Assembly: GCA_963706025.1 (NCBI GenBank)
Contig: CAVPLM010000003.1
Span: 64,001-128,000 of the forward strand
Source: an uncultured Actinomycetes bacterium
GTDB taxonomy: Bacteria; Actinomycetota; Thermoleophilia; RBG-16-64-13
Reading direction: 5' to 3'
Length of the DNA stretch: 64,000 nucleotides
Position 1 is the first letter of the stretch. Each line of letters opens with the position of its first letter. The notes beneath the pieces were generated by a model, which was not told where the DNA came from, ran no database searches, and saw nothing but the letters and a program-made list of their open reading frames with translations. The translations under genes were made by a program, and so were the position numbers. Below, piece by piece: positions 40,501 to 49,198 of the stretch.

Positions 40501-40586
40501 GCACCTGCCGCATGCAGATCACTCAGGGCACCGGGCTCGAGACCATCCACCCGATCCGTTTGCTGGCCGAGGCCTACGGCGCGTGA
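37554..40586 (+). CDS. FAD-linked oxidase / Fe-S / CCG-domain oxidoreductase (GlcD-GlpC-type fusion)
   Basis: PRGMGSGLAG, FAPDPSS, GAEGTLG, GHVGDGNIH, GEHGDG, CHGCGQC...CP, CIVCGMC...CP, CCGMAG. Confidence 0.9.
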   Translation: MTTSADSVERHLRSIIRGDIEFDPISRYLYATDAGLNQVEPLGVVSPRDAADVTRLVAFAAEQGLSLVPRGMGSGLAGGAVGAGIQVDFTRYMNSILEVAPDGSWARVQPGVVMASLNQHLKTLGTFFAPDPSSENYCSLGGMIGTNSSGARTVAYGGTKDHVLALEVVLADGSEFSARPYPEDSPHLAALLASKTAGGRAFAAVLPELRAKWDTILAGMPRVVKNCSGYRVETLLGEAHPDSPAVFHLQKTFVGAEGTLGLVTEATLNLVPLPSERGIAMAYFPSVFASGEAVPEILALSPTAVEIMDSRFLALVRRHDSRVDVMLPDRTDTALLIEFEGRDSEELDEKFASLRRHLDTTTALKVVRAANAGEADRLWTVRKSAVALALRMPGPRRALPFIEDVTVHPTEVPGYVDFLQRLFDREGVEAVMYGHVGDGNIHTRPLLDPKDPSDLQTMQRLYDEVSAYVLSIRGTMSGEHGDGLLRTPYIRQMYGDEIYGFFAHIKDAFDPQGVMNPGKKIAPQEASGSLLRDLRYGAGYRTVPQKPILHFPSSEYEREIEKCHGCGQCKSLVATTMCPTYKATRREHASPRAKANLLRSIITGALDPKSAYGLAAAKAVTDYCIVCGMCAVECPSNVNIPKLMLEAKSKYRAVHRGGPVDMIFSHAETMSWLGHAAAPLANRVINRPALRRLAEPLMGIDRRRPMAPFAPTAFTQTLGAGCDSAGCAAAVTRSASLSRAEAAEAEALSTKATVAYFYDLFAEYNEPELAQAVMRVLAAHGIRVLLPEQRASGIPEMLYGYAHRARRAADFNVRAFLPLVNSGAVLVSAEPTATFAFKVHYPDYLSDAACSLVANATCDLGDFLVRYRADHPEAAPAAGPLRGGAPRAPVKTGARPSDPLGAGLRIAYHQPCHLKAQQIGNPGVELLREIPGVEVIDLAAGCCGMAGTFGMKAGTYDLSMLTGRPLFDRVAEAAPDLVASECSTCRMQITQGTGLETIHPIRLLAEAYGA

Positions 40587-40614
40587 GTCGGCGTGGGGCG
40601 CGTGAGTATGCCGC

Positions 40615-41433
40615 CTAGGCCCCAGCCGGCAGCTTGTCCCGGGGCGGCTTGATCCGGCGGGTCCTGTCCCGCCGGATCAAGACATATGCCAATGCGGGAG
40701 CCAGCACGACGACCACCAGAGCGATGACCTGGGCCTCTCGCAGTCCCCAAAAGACAGGGTCGTTGACCCTGTAGAACGAGATGAAGAAGCGTCCCAGGGA
40801 GTAGAGCCAGAAGTACAGCAGGATGGCGAGACCGTCGGTCTTCAGGCGGGGCATGGCATAGAGCAGGATTCCCACGATCACCAGCAACCAAATTTGTTCG
40901 TACACCGGCGTGGGATGGGTCGGCACCCCTAGCAGGTCATCGGGAATGAAGGAGGCGGGGTTGACATAGACGAAACCCCAGGGAAGATCGGTGGGATAGC
41001 CCCAGGTGTCTCCGTTGATGATGTTGGCGAACTTGCCGATGATCTGCCCCACGGGGAAGGCCAGAGCCGTGCAATCCATCACCCGGAGGACCGGCAATCT
41101 CTTCCACCGGCAGTAGACGATGAGACCGGCCAGCCCGCCGAGAACCACGCCATAGATCGCCAAGCCCACCAGCTGAAGCCCGACGATCTCCCCGGGGTTC
41201 TGCCAGTAGTAGCCCAGGTGATCGAAGATATGGACCACCCGTGCTCCGATCACTCCGCAAGGCACCGCGATGACCGCGATACCCAGCGCGTGCTGGCGGG
41301 AGATGCCGTGCCGCCCCAGTTGCCAGGAGAAGATCACGGTACCGACGACGACCGCGACGACCATGATCAGCCCGTACCACCGGTATTCCAGAGGTCCAAG
41401 CGTTCCGATGATCGGGTTGATGTCTATGGTCAC
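40615..41433 (-). CDS. lgt: Prolipoprotein diacylglyceryl transferase
   Basis: RWYG, IGAR..H, IGKFANIINGD.WG, HPTPVYE, RFFISFYR. Confidence 0.88.
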   Translation of the reverse strand: MTIDINPIIGTLGPLEYRWYGLIMVVAVVVGTVIFSWQLGRHGISRQHALGIAVIAVPCGVIGARVVHIFDHLGYYWQNPGEIVGLQLVGLAIYGVVLGGLAGLIVYCRWKRLPVLRVMDCTALAFPVGQIIGKFANIINGDTWGYPTDLPWGFVYVNPASFIPDDLLGVPTHPTPVYEQIWLLVIVGILLYAMPRLKTDGLAILLYFWLYSLGRFFISFYRVNDPVFWGLREAQVIALVVVVLAPALAYVLIRRDRTRRIKPPRDKLPAGA

Positions 41434-41473
41434 GAACTCAGTCCCCTCGCCGGCCGGGCCGCGCGACTATCGG

Positions 41474-41659
41474 TTACTTGTCACAGAAAAGCGTACCGGC
41501 TTTGGCCCAGTTCTCGCGCGCGTGGTCCTCGATGATCACGTCTACCTGGTCAACGGGAGCGCCCGTCACACGGGTGACCACTTCTGTGATCTCCTGGGCA
41601 AGTTGACGCTTCTGCTCCGTGGTCCTGCCGGTGAGCATCTTCACGATCACCAGGGGCAT
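41474..41659 (-). CDS. 4-oxalocrotonate tautomerase family protein
   Basis: MPLVIVKMLTGRTTEQKRQL...ENWAKAG with the catalytic N-terminal Pro; RBS GAGGAGG. Confidence 0.9.
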   Translation of the reverse strand: MPLVIVKMLTGRTTEQKRQLAQEITEVVTRVTGAPVDQVDVIIEDHARENWAKAGTLFCDK

Positions 41660-41723
41660 GCTCCCCTCCTCGCTTTGTTGGTTCCGGAACCGGAGCTCTG
41701 CGCCGGCTCTCTCCGCTGACACC

Positions 41724-41960
41724 CTACTCGCCGTATTCTCTCACCGCTTTCTCGAAATGAGAGGCCGCCTTCTGCAGATCAGCGGGGATCATCGCCGGAT
41801 AGAATTCGATGGCGGCTTCTAGCGCCAAGAAGAAGGGCTCCGCCACCTTGACCATGTCCGTCGGCTCCGAGATGTCCAGAACGACGAGGGCAGTCCGCTC
41901 CCCATCGATCGCCGTGAAATAGACGGCTTCAGGCCTAACGTCCCCAAGGAGGTTCCTACG
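41724..41960 (-). pseudogene. 5'-truncated remnant of a small conserved protein
   Basis: LLGDVRPEAVYFTAIDGERTALVVLD...VAEPFFLALEAAIEFYPAM...DL resembles the C-terminal two-thirds of a roughly 110-aa family; similarity appears to stop at the TA promoter region. Confidence 0.55.
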
Positions 41961-42078
41961 AAAGTCGCAGCTGCGGTGAAGAGCAGTGAGCCTACCCTGC
42001 ATCGGGCCGCCGAGACTGGACGAGGAGAGTATGATGTGGTTACCAAAAGCATCACTCCTACGCAAGGTCGTGATCGGC

Positions 42079-42339
42079 ATGCCCCGCATCGGTCTTCGCG
42101 AACTCAAGATCCACGCCTCGGAGGTCCTGCGGGACGTGCAGGAGAATCGGGCCCGCTACATCATCACCAAGCGCGGAGAGCCGCAGGCCATCATCGTCCC
42201 CTATGCGCCCGCCGAGGAATCCGAGCCGATCGACCGTCAAACGGCATGGACCGGTCTCGTCGACGCGCTCGACGAGGTACGCAAGAACTGGACTTCCCCT
42301 CTCACGGCCGATGAGATCATCCGTGATATGAGGCGTTGA
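42079..42339 (+). CDS. Phd/YefM-family antitoxin
   Basis: IGLRELKIHASEVLRDV...YIITKRGEPQAIIVP. Confidence 0.9.
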   Translation: MPRIGLRELKIHASEVLRDVQENRARYIITKRGEPQAIIVPYAPAEESEPIDRQTAWTGLVDALDEVRKNWTSPLTADEIIRDMRR

Positions 42340-42782
42340 CCACTGTGCCCAAACCGCTGACGATAGACGCCAGCGTGTTCGTCCGTGCTTCTACCCCGGA
42401 CGAAGGCGGATTCGAAGAGAGCCGGGCTTTCCTGCTCGCTCTCGGTCACTCCCTGCAGCCGATCATCCTCCCTACGCTGTTGAGACCCGAGGTGGCGGGC
42501 GCGGTCAGCCGAGGCCTCCGCGATTCGAGCTTGGCCGCGGCAGTCCTAGCCGAGATCGACAGACTCCCGGGAGTGATCTTCGTGCCGCTTGACGCCGCTT
42601 TGGCGGAAGAGGCAGCCAAAATCGCTATTCGCAGTCGTAGTCGCGGTGCGGACGCCGTCTACGCGGCGACCGCGTCCCGCTTCGACGCCATCTTGGTGAC
42701 GCTCGACAACGAGCAGCGAGACCGGCTGCCGTCCCAGATCATGGCTTGTTCTCCCTCCGAGGCGCTCGAGCGCTGGATCTAG
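42336..42782 (+). CDS. VapC/PIN-domain toxin
   Basis: TIDASVFV, EVAGAV, RGADAVYAA, LVTLD; TTGA overlap with the antitoxin. Confidence 0.9.
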   Translation: MTTVPKPLTIDASVFVRASTPDEGGFEESRAFLLALGHSLQPIILPTLLRPEVAGAVSRGLRDSSLAAAVLAEIDRLPGVIFVPLDAALAEEAAKIAIRSRSRGADAVYAATASRFDAILVTLDNEQRDRLPSQIMACSPSEALERWI

Positions 42783-42867
42783 CGCCCGTCTGAGCGTGAC
42801 CCGCCCAGCCCTCGACCGCGTCGATCGTCTCAGCGCGGACGGGCATGGAACTCAGTAGGGCCGGCCT

Positions 42868-43596
42868 CTACTTGAGCCTTCCGAAGAGCCTTCTCCTCAC
42901 CGCGGCCCGCTTGAGCCCCTGGATCCCCTCGGTGGGGTTCAGCTCTTTCGGGCAGGCCTCCACGCAGTTCATGATGGTATGGCAACGGTAGACACCGCGC
43001 TCGTTGTCAAAGCGCGGCAAGCGCTCTTTGCGGGCCTCGTCGCGAGAGTCCACCTCGAAACGGAAGGCCTTGAGCAAGGCGGCCGGGCCCAGGTAGTTCT
43101 CCTCGCCCCACGCCGAGGGGCAGCTCGAGTGGCAGCAGCCGCACAAGATGCAGTCTACCGGCATATCGATCTTCTTGCGCTCCTTGGGTGACTGGAGGAT
43201 CTCCTTCTCCGGATCGGGGGAGTTCCGGATCAGCCAGGGCATGATGTATTCGTACTTGGCGAAGAAGTCGTCCATGTCGCAGACCATGTCCTTCACCAAC
43301 GACAGGTGGGGCATGGGTGCCACTGTGACCATGTCCTCGGGGAGGTGCTTCACGTTCGTCTGGCAGGCCAGCCGATAGGCCCCGTTGATGTACATGGCGC
43401 AACTGCCGCATATGGAGGCGCGGCAGCAGTAGCGGAACGACAGGCTCCCGTCGAACTTCTCCTGGATGTAGAAGAGACCCTCAAGCACGGTGAGGTTGGC
43501 CCCCTCGTAGGTGACCGTGTACTCCTCCCAGTGGGGCTCCGGGTTCTTCTTGCTGCGAGGATCTTGGCGCTTTAGGCGAAACTTGATGTCAGGCAT
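42868..43596 (-). CDS. sdhB: Succinate dehydrogenase/fumarate reductase Fe-S subunit
   Basis: CRASICGSC, LACQT, CILCGCC..SCP, CHTIMNC...CPK; ATG at 43596. Confidence 0.95.
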   Translation of the reverse strand: MPDIKFRLKRQDPRSKKNPEPHWEEYTVTYEGANLTVLEGLFYIQEKFDGSLSFRYCCRASICGSCAMYINGAYRLACQTNVKHLPEDMVTVAPMPHLSLVKDMVCDMDDFFAKYEYIMPWLIRNSPDPEKEILQSPKERKKIDMPVDCILCGCCHSSCPSAWGEENYLGPAALLKAFRFEVDSRDEARKERLPRFDNERGVYRCHTIMNCVEACPKELNPTEGIQGLKRAAVRRRLFGRLK

Positions 43597-45305
43597 CAGT
43601 ACTTCCGCTCCTGTAGCTCGAAGGGGCCGAGGGTGACCGGCTTGAAACCCAGGCGAGGACCGGGCGCATCGGGCTGGTAGTGAGCCAGGGTGTGCTTGAG
43701 CCAGTTCACGTCGTCGCGCGTATTGTGATCCGTCCGGAAGTGGGCCCCGCGGGACTCTGTCCGGGCCAACGCCCCCAGCCCGACGGCGAGCGCCAGATCG
43801 ACCATGCCCTCCAACTCCACCGTCCGGATCATATCGATATTGAAGACGCTCCCCGTCCAACGAAGGCCTATGTTGCCGACCCGTTCCTTGATAGAGACGA
43901 GTCTCTGCAGACCCTCCTTCATGGTCGCCTCGTCCCGGAACAGTCCGTAGTGCTCTTTCATCACCTCGGTCATCTCGGTGCGCAGCGCATAGGCGTCCTC
44001 GGTGCCGGTCTTGGCTCCCAGCTCCTCGACCTTCCGCTCTATCAGTTCGACGGCCGCATATGCTGAGCGAGGGTTGGGCCGCTTGTCGGCCAGCCCCTCC
44101 AGATAACGCACCACTTCCGCTCCCGCGCGCCGTCCAAACACGATGGTCTCGAGCAAGGAGTTCCCGCCAAGACGGTTGGCTCCATGCACCGACACACACG
44201 CGCACTCGCCGGCCGCGTACAGACCGGGCATGACCGTGGTCCCGTTCACGTCGGTATCGATCCCGCCCATCCAGTAGTGCTGGCTGGGCACGACCGGTAT
44301 TGGCTCCTCGATGGGATCCACCCCTTCGAAGTGAATGGCCAGATCGCGGATACCGGGCAGGCGTTCCAAGATCTTTTCCGCTCCCAGGTGCCTGAGGTCC
44401 AGATACACGTAACCTTGACCGCCGATCCCCCGACCTTCGTTGATCTCGGTCTGGATCGACCGCGCGGTGATATCGCGCGGGGCCAACTCCATGAATTTGG
44501 GCGCGTATTTCTCCATGAAACGCTCGCCCGCGTCGTTGATCAGGTAGCCGCCCTCGCCCCGAGCTCCCTCGGTCATGAGGATGTTGGTGGTAAAAAGCCC
44601 CGTGGGGTGGAACTGGACGAACTCCATGTCCTTGAGCGGCACTCCCCCGTGGTAGGCCATGAACATGCCGCAACCCGTACTGATGATGGCGTTGGTCGAG
44701 TTGCTGTAGGTGCGACCCGCGCCCCCGGTCGCGATCACGACCGCGTTCGCAGTGAAGGCCTCAAAGCCGCCGCGGATCATGTCGTAGGCCACGACTCCCT
44801 GGCAAACGCCTTCATGTACGATCAGCTTGGCCACGTACTGTTCGACGTAGATCTTGACCTGCTGCTTGTACGCCTGCTCCACCAGCGTATGGAGTAGGTA
44901 GTGGCCGGTCTTGTCGGCTCCGTAGCAGCACCGTGGGAAACCGGCCCCGCCGAACGGCCGCTGGGCGATGCGCCCATCATCGAAGCGACTGAAAGGGCAC
45001 CCCCAGTGGTCCATCTCGTAGATGACCCTGATAGCGTCCTGGGTCATCTGCATGATGGTGTCCTGGTCGCCCAGGTAGTCACCGCCCTTGGTGGTGTCGA
45101 ATGCATGCTTCTCCCAGGTGTCGTCGGCGCCCTCGGGATGGTTGGCCAACGCGGCGTTGATACCTCCCTGGGCTGCGCCCGAGTGGCTGCGGCCCGGATG
45201 GACCTGGGAGAGGATGGCCACGTCGATCCCGGCCCTTTTGGCCTCGATCGCGGCCCTTAGACCAGACAAACCCCCGCCGACAACGATCACATCATGATGG
45301 ATCAT
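43596..45305 (-). CDS. sdhA: Succinate dehydrogenase/fumarate reductase flavoprotein
   Basis: GGGLSG, RSHSGAAQGG, QFHPTG, TEGARGEGG, HGANRLGGNSL, ESRGAH. Confidence 0.96.
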   Translation of the reverse strand: MIHHDVIVVGGGLSGLRAAIEAKRAGIDVAILSQVHPGRSHSGAAQGGINAALANHPEGADDTWEKHAFDTTKGGDYLGDQDTIMQMTQDAIRVIYEMDHWGCPFSRFDDGRIAQRPFGGAGFPRCCYGADKTGHYLLHTLVEQAYKQQVKIYVEQYVAKLIVHEGVCQGVVAYDMIRGGFEAFTANAVVIATGGAGRTYSNSTNAIISTGCGMFMAYHGGVPLKDMEFVQFHPTGLFTTNILMTEGARGEGGYLINDAGERFMEKYAPKFMELAPRDITARSIQTEINEGRGIGGQGYVYLDLRHLGAEKILERLPGIRDLAIHFEGVDPIEEPIPVVPSQHYWMGGIDTDVNGTTVMPGLYAAGECACVSVHGANRLGGNSLLETIVFGRRAGAEVVRYLEGLADKRPNPRSAYAAVELIERKVEELGAKTGTEDAYALRTEMTEVMKEHYGLFRDEATMKEGLQRLVSIKERVGNIGLRWTGSVFNIDMIRTVELEGMVDLALAVGLGALARTESRGAHFRTDHNTRDDVNWLKHTLAHYQPDAPGPRLGFKPVTLGPFELQERKY

Positions 45306-45321
45306 AGCTTGCCCACCTTAC

Positions 45322-45684
45322 CTAACTGATCCAGGGCCAGAGGGCCCAGGTTCCGTAAGCCATGAAAGCTATCCCGACCACCCAGAGGATGCCGGTGAGG
45401 GCCATGGCACGCTTGCGGGAGGTGAACCAGTAGTCCATGAGCACCATGCGAAGGCCGTTCAGCGCGTGATAGATACCGGCCGCCAGCAGGATGATGTCGA
45501 CCGCGATGAGCCCCCCGTGCGCCAGGCGCTCGGCGATGTTGTCGTAGTTCAGTTCACCGATGTTGAGTATGTGCGTGAAGATCAGGTGGATGGCCAGCAT
45601 GACGATCAGTAGCACGGCGGTGATGCGCTGGAAGAGCCAGGACCACATGCCGCCCCTGTGAGTGGAGATGGTCTCGGCTTTCAA
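45322..45684 (-). CDS. sdhD: Succinate dehydrogenase membrane anchor
   Basis: WLFQRITAV, H..NGLR...DY; three TMs. Confidence 0.85.
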   Translation of the reverse strand: MKAETISTHRGGMWSWLFQRITAVLLIVMLAIHLIFTHILNIGELNYDNIAERLAHGGLIAVDIILLAAGIYHALNGLRMVLMDYWFTSRKRAMALTGILWVVGIAFMAYGTWALWPWIS

Positions 45685-46079
45685 CTGGTCACCCCCTCAC
45701 CGGTGACGATGAAGGTGAAGGCGACCCAGGCGAATACGGCGAAACAGACGACCACCACCGCCATGGCGCCCCAGAACAAGATCTTGTGCCGGTGCACCCC
45801 TATGCCGAAGTCCATCAGGATGATCCGCACCCCATTGAGAGCGTGATAGAGAACGGCCACCACCAGCGCCAGGTCCATGAGCACCAGGACCGGGTTATCG
45901 AACATCTTCATAAGGTCGTTCAGTTTGTCGAACTGCCCGGTCGAGATCACGATGATGTGTGCACCCAGATAGAAGACGAGGATGAGCCCGCTGATCCGGA
46001 ATAGAAGCCAGGCCCACATGCCGGTCGCCTTCCAGAGACCGGCCCCCACATTGGCCGTCTCTCGAGGTTTACCGCTCAA
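45681..46079 (-). CDS. sdhC: Succinate dehydrogenase cytochrome b556 subunit
   Basis: GMWAWLLFRISG, YHALNGVRIILMD. Confidence 0.88.
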   Translation of the reverse strand: MSGKPRETANVGAGLWKATGMWAWLLFRISGLILVFYLGAHIIVISTGQFDKLNDLMKMFDNPVLVLMDLALVVAVLYHALNGVRIILMDFGIGVHRHKILFWGAMAVVVVCFAVFAWVAFTFIVTGEGVTS

Positions 46080-46636
46080 GAATCCCCCTTCCTCTCGTAC
46101 TTCTTGCGACCTTCCGTGTAGAGGTCACCTCCGTACATGTCGTTGATGACCACCACTGGGAAGTCCTTCACCTCCAGCTCTCTGATGGCCTCCGGGCCCA
46201 GGTCTTCATACGCGACCACCTTGACCGAGACGACCCGTTGAGCGAGGAGGGCGCCGGCGCCGCCGGTGGCGGCTAGGTAGACGGCCTTATTGCGCTTGAG
46301 GGCCTCCTTGACGGCCTCGTTTCGGAGCCCTTTTCCAATCATGCCCTTGAGGCCTAGGTCGAGCAGCTTGGGCGAGTAGGCGTCCATCCGGCCGGAGGTG
46401 GTGGGACCGATCGAGCCGGTCACTTCGCCCGGTTTGGTAGGTGTGGGGCCGGCGAAGTAGACGATCTGCCCGCGAAGGTCGAGCGGCAAGGGTTCCCCCT
46501 TGTCGATGAGCTCCACCAGGCGCTTATGGGCGGCGTCGCGGGCCGTATAGATGGTGCCGGTGATGAGCACGCGGTCGCCGGAATGCAGGCTCTCGACGAC
46601 CTCGTCGGTGAGCGGCGGGGTGATCGGCCGATCCAT
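46076..46636 (-). CDS. Fe-S hydro-lyase (fumarate hydratase) beta subunit
   Basis: TARDAAH, GPTTSGRMD, IGKG, DLGPEAI. Confidence 0.93.
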   Translation of the reverse strand: MDRPITPPLTDEVVESLHSGDRVLITGTIYTARDAAHKRLVELIDKGEPLPLDLRGQIVYFAGPTPTKPGEVTGSIGPTTSGRMDAYSPKLLDLGLKGMIGKGLRNEAVKEALKRNKAVYLAATGGAGALLAQRVVSVKVVAYEDLGPEAIRELEVKDFPVVVINDMYGGDLYTEGRKKYERKGDS

Positions 46637-47481
46637 CAGAGCACCGCCTCCTTGTGACGCGCCGAGTGGCACTGCATGTTCACGGCCACCGGCATGCTGG
46701 CGATGTGCGCGGGTAGTTCCTCAACGAAGACGTCGATGACGGTGATGGTGCCACCCAGACCGGCCGGTCCGATGCCGAGCGCGTTGCAGCGCCGTTCGAT
46801 CTCGTCTTCCAACTCAGCCAGTCGTGGGTCGGGATTGACGGAGCCTACCTCGCGCATCAGTGCGTGCTTGGCCATGTAGGCCGCCTTCTCGAACGTCCCT
46901 CCAAGACCCACCCCCGCGATGACGGGCGGGCAGGGGTTGGGGCCGGCCTTGCTCACCGTGTCGACGACGAAATCGATGGCGCCTTGCCGTCCCTGGGAGG
47001 GCTTGAGCATGCCCAGTGCGCTCATGTTCTCGGCCCCGCCCCCTTTGGGTGCCACGATCACCCGCACCTTGTCCCCGGGAACGACGCGCGTGTGCAGCAT
47101 GGCCGGCGTGTTGTCGCCGGTGTTCTTACGGGCGCCTATCGGGTCGGCGACGGCCGACTTGCGCAGATAGCCCTCTGCATAGCCTTTTCGCACCCCTTCG
47201 TCAACCGCCTCTTCCAGGCTGCCGCCCACCAGGTGCACGTCTTGGCCTATCTCGAGGAACACCACGGCCAGCCCGGTGTCCTGACAGAGAGGCCTGCCGG
47301 TATCCTTGGCCAGTTCGGCATTCTCGAGGAGTTGCCGGAAGATGTCTCTTCCCGTCTCGGATTCTTCCCGTTCGGCCGCTCGCTCGAAGAACGCCATCAC
47401 GTCCTCGCCCAGATAGCTGCAGCTCTTCACAGCCAATCTAGCGACCGCCTCAGTGATCTGGGCGACGTCCAACTCCCTCAC
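46636..47481 (-). CDS. Fe-S hydro-lyase (fumarate hydratase) alpha subunit
   Basis: PLCQDTG, KGGGAENMS, NPCPP, GIGPAGLGG, CHSARH. Confidence 0.93.
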   Translation of the reverse strand: MRELDVAQITEAVARLAVKSCSYLGEDVMAFFERAAEREESETGRDIFRQLLENAELAKDTGRPLCQDTGLAVVFLEIGQDVHLVGGSLEEAVDEGVRKGYAEGYLRKSAVADPIGARKNTGDNTPAMLHTRVVPGDKVRVIVAPKGGGAENMSALGMLKPSQGRQGAIDFVVDTVSKAGPNPCPPVIAGVGLGGTFEKAAYMAKHALMREVGSVNPDPRLAELEDEIERRCNALGIGPAGLGGTITVIDVFVEELPAHIASMPVAVNMQCHSARHKEAVL

Positions 47482-47674
47482 AACATCCCTCCTCGACTCG
47501 GGTACGCGCCCCCCGGCATTCCCCGCTGGCCACTGTACACTTTTTCGTGATCCACCGGAAGTCGGCCCCGGCCGAGACGCCCCGGGTGGGTGCCGTCCCG
47601 GGGCGTATGGCGACTGTTCCCGGGCTCCGCTACACTAGGTGCCGCTACGCGGCGACCAGACGACAAGGGACACT

Positions 47675-48646
47675 ATGCGCATACTCTCAGGTACACAGCC
47701 CTCGGGCCGGCCTCACCTGGGCAACTACTACGGGGCGATCCGCCAGTACATCTCGCTCCAGGCCGGCAATGAGCCCTTCTATTTCATCGCCAGCTACCAC
47801 GCGCTGACGGCGGTACAGGAACCGGAGCTTCTGAAGGAATACACCTTAGGTGTGGCTCTGGACTTCTTGGCCCTCGGCCTCGACCCGGACCAGGCCACTC
47901 TCTTCGCCCAGCAGGACGTCCCGGAAGTCACCGAACTAACGTGGATCCTCTCCTGTGTCACCCCCATGGGCCTGCTGGAGCGGGCCGTCAGCTACAAGGA
48001 CAAGATCGCGCAGGGGCTCGCGCCCAACCACGGCCTCTTCGCTTATCCCGTGCTCCAGGCGGCCGACATCCTCATATACCTTTCCGACCTGGTCCCGGTC
48101 GGCCAGGATCAGAGGCAGCACATCGAGATGACCCGCGACATAGCCGGCAAGTTCAACCAGCAGTTCGGGGAGGTCTTCACCATCCCCGACCCGTACATCC
48201 TCGACGACACTGCTGTGGTCCCGGGCACCGATGGTCGCAAGATGTCCAAGAGCTACGGCAACGAGATCGGCATCTTCGACGAAGGAAAGACCCTCAAGAA
48301 GAAGATCATGTCCATCGTCACCGACTCTGCTCCGGTCGAAGCTCCCAAGGATCCGGAGCGGTCCACTCCCTTCTTGCTCCTGCGCCTTGTCGCCTCCGCT
48401 GAGGAGACCGCCGAGTGGGAGGCTCGCTACAAGGCCGGCGGGATGGGCTACGGCGAGGTGAAGAAGCGCCTGGTGGAACTGATAGACGAGAGCTTCGCCC
48501 CGTTCCGCGAGCGCCGCCGCGAGCTGGAGAGCGACCTGGACTACGTTATGGATGTGCTGGGAGACGGGGGCCGGCGGGCCCGGGCCGTGGCCCAGGAGGT
48601 CATGCATAGGGTGAGGGAGGCCACGGGTCTAACCACCACATACTGA
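47675..48646 (+). CDS. trpS: Tryptophanyl-tRNA synthetase
   Basis: SGTQPSG..HLGNY, YPVLQAADIL, VPVGQDQ.QH, KMSKS. Confidence 0.97.
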   Translation: MRILSGTQPSGRPHLGNYYGAIRQYISLQAGNEPFYFIASYHALTAVQEPELLKEYTLGVALDFLALGLDPDQATLFAQQDVPEVTELTWILSCVTPMGLLERAVSYKDKIAQGLAPNHGLFAYPVLQAADILIYLSDLVPVGQDQRQHIEMTRDIAGKFNQQFGEVFTIPDPYILDDTAVVPGTDGRKMSKSYGNEIGIFDEGKTLKKKIMSIVTDSAPVEAPKDPERSTPFLLLRLVASAEETAEWEARYKAGGMGYGEVKKRLVELIDESFAPFRERRRELESDLDYVMDVLGDGGRRARAVAQEVMHRVREATGLTTTY

Positions 48647-48675
48647 ATACGGAAGACATCGAGCCCCAAGCCTAA

Positions 48676-48828
48676 TAGCTCGTTTCAGAATGACGTTTCG
48701 CCGACAGGGTGCGATCGGCGCGAGTGAGGCAAGGCGGCGACCGGGCGCTACGGGCGCGACTGAAGGACAGATGGACCGCTCCGCCCAGCGTGGACGAGGC
48801 GGCCGAGACTTCATTCTGAAACGAGTTC
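48676..48828. mobile_element. 153-bp MITE (non-autonomous, IS5-like ends)
   Basis: Terminal inverted repeats with a perfect 15-bp core CTCGTTTCAGAATGA / TCATTCTGAAACGAG, imperfect to about 25 bp; TAA direct repeats at 48673-75 and 48829-31. Confidence 0.75.
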
Positions 48829-48841
48829 TAAGGAGGCCGAC

Positions 48842-49183
48842 ATGACGAACGACCAGATCGACAAGCCGGACTGCGACCAGCCCTGGGTGGGCGACCTGAA
48901 CGATCTCGTGCAGTTCGCCGACCGCGGAATCGTCAGCAAGACACTGGTGGACTGCCCCAAGGTCAAGATCGTGCTGTTCGGCATGAAGACCGGCCAAACG
49001 ATCTCCGGCCATTCAGCGGGTATGCCGGCCACGATTCACGTGTTGAGCGGCGCGGGCACCATCCAGTTGGGCGATGAAGAGTACGAGGGCAAGCCGGGGT
49101 CCATCTACTACATGCCGGCCGGGCTGTATCACGCCCTTACTTCCACCGACGATCTGGTGTTCCTGCTCGATCTCTTTCGGTAG
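48842..49183 (+). CDS. Cupin-domain protein
   Basis: GIVSKTL, GQTISGHS...IHVLSG, MPAGLYHAL; RBS TAAGGAGG. Confidence 0.88.
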   Translation: MTNDQIDKPDCDQPWVGDLNDLVQFADRGIVSKTLVDCPKVKIVLFGMKTGQTISGHSAGMPATIHVLSGAGTIQLGDEEYEGKPGSIYYMPAGLYHALTSTDDLVFLLDLFR

Positions 49184-49198
49184 GCGAGACCGTCGCCG

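Noticed and set aside
47570-47674. T-box upstream of trpS
   Set aside because: No T-box consensus or terminator; a TACACT -10 lies only about 40 nt before the start.
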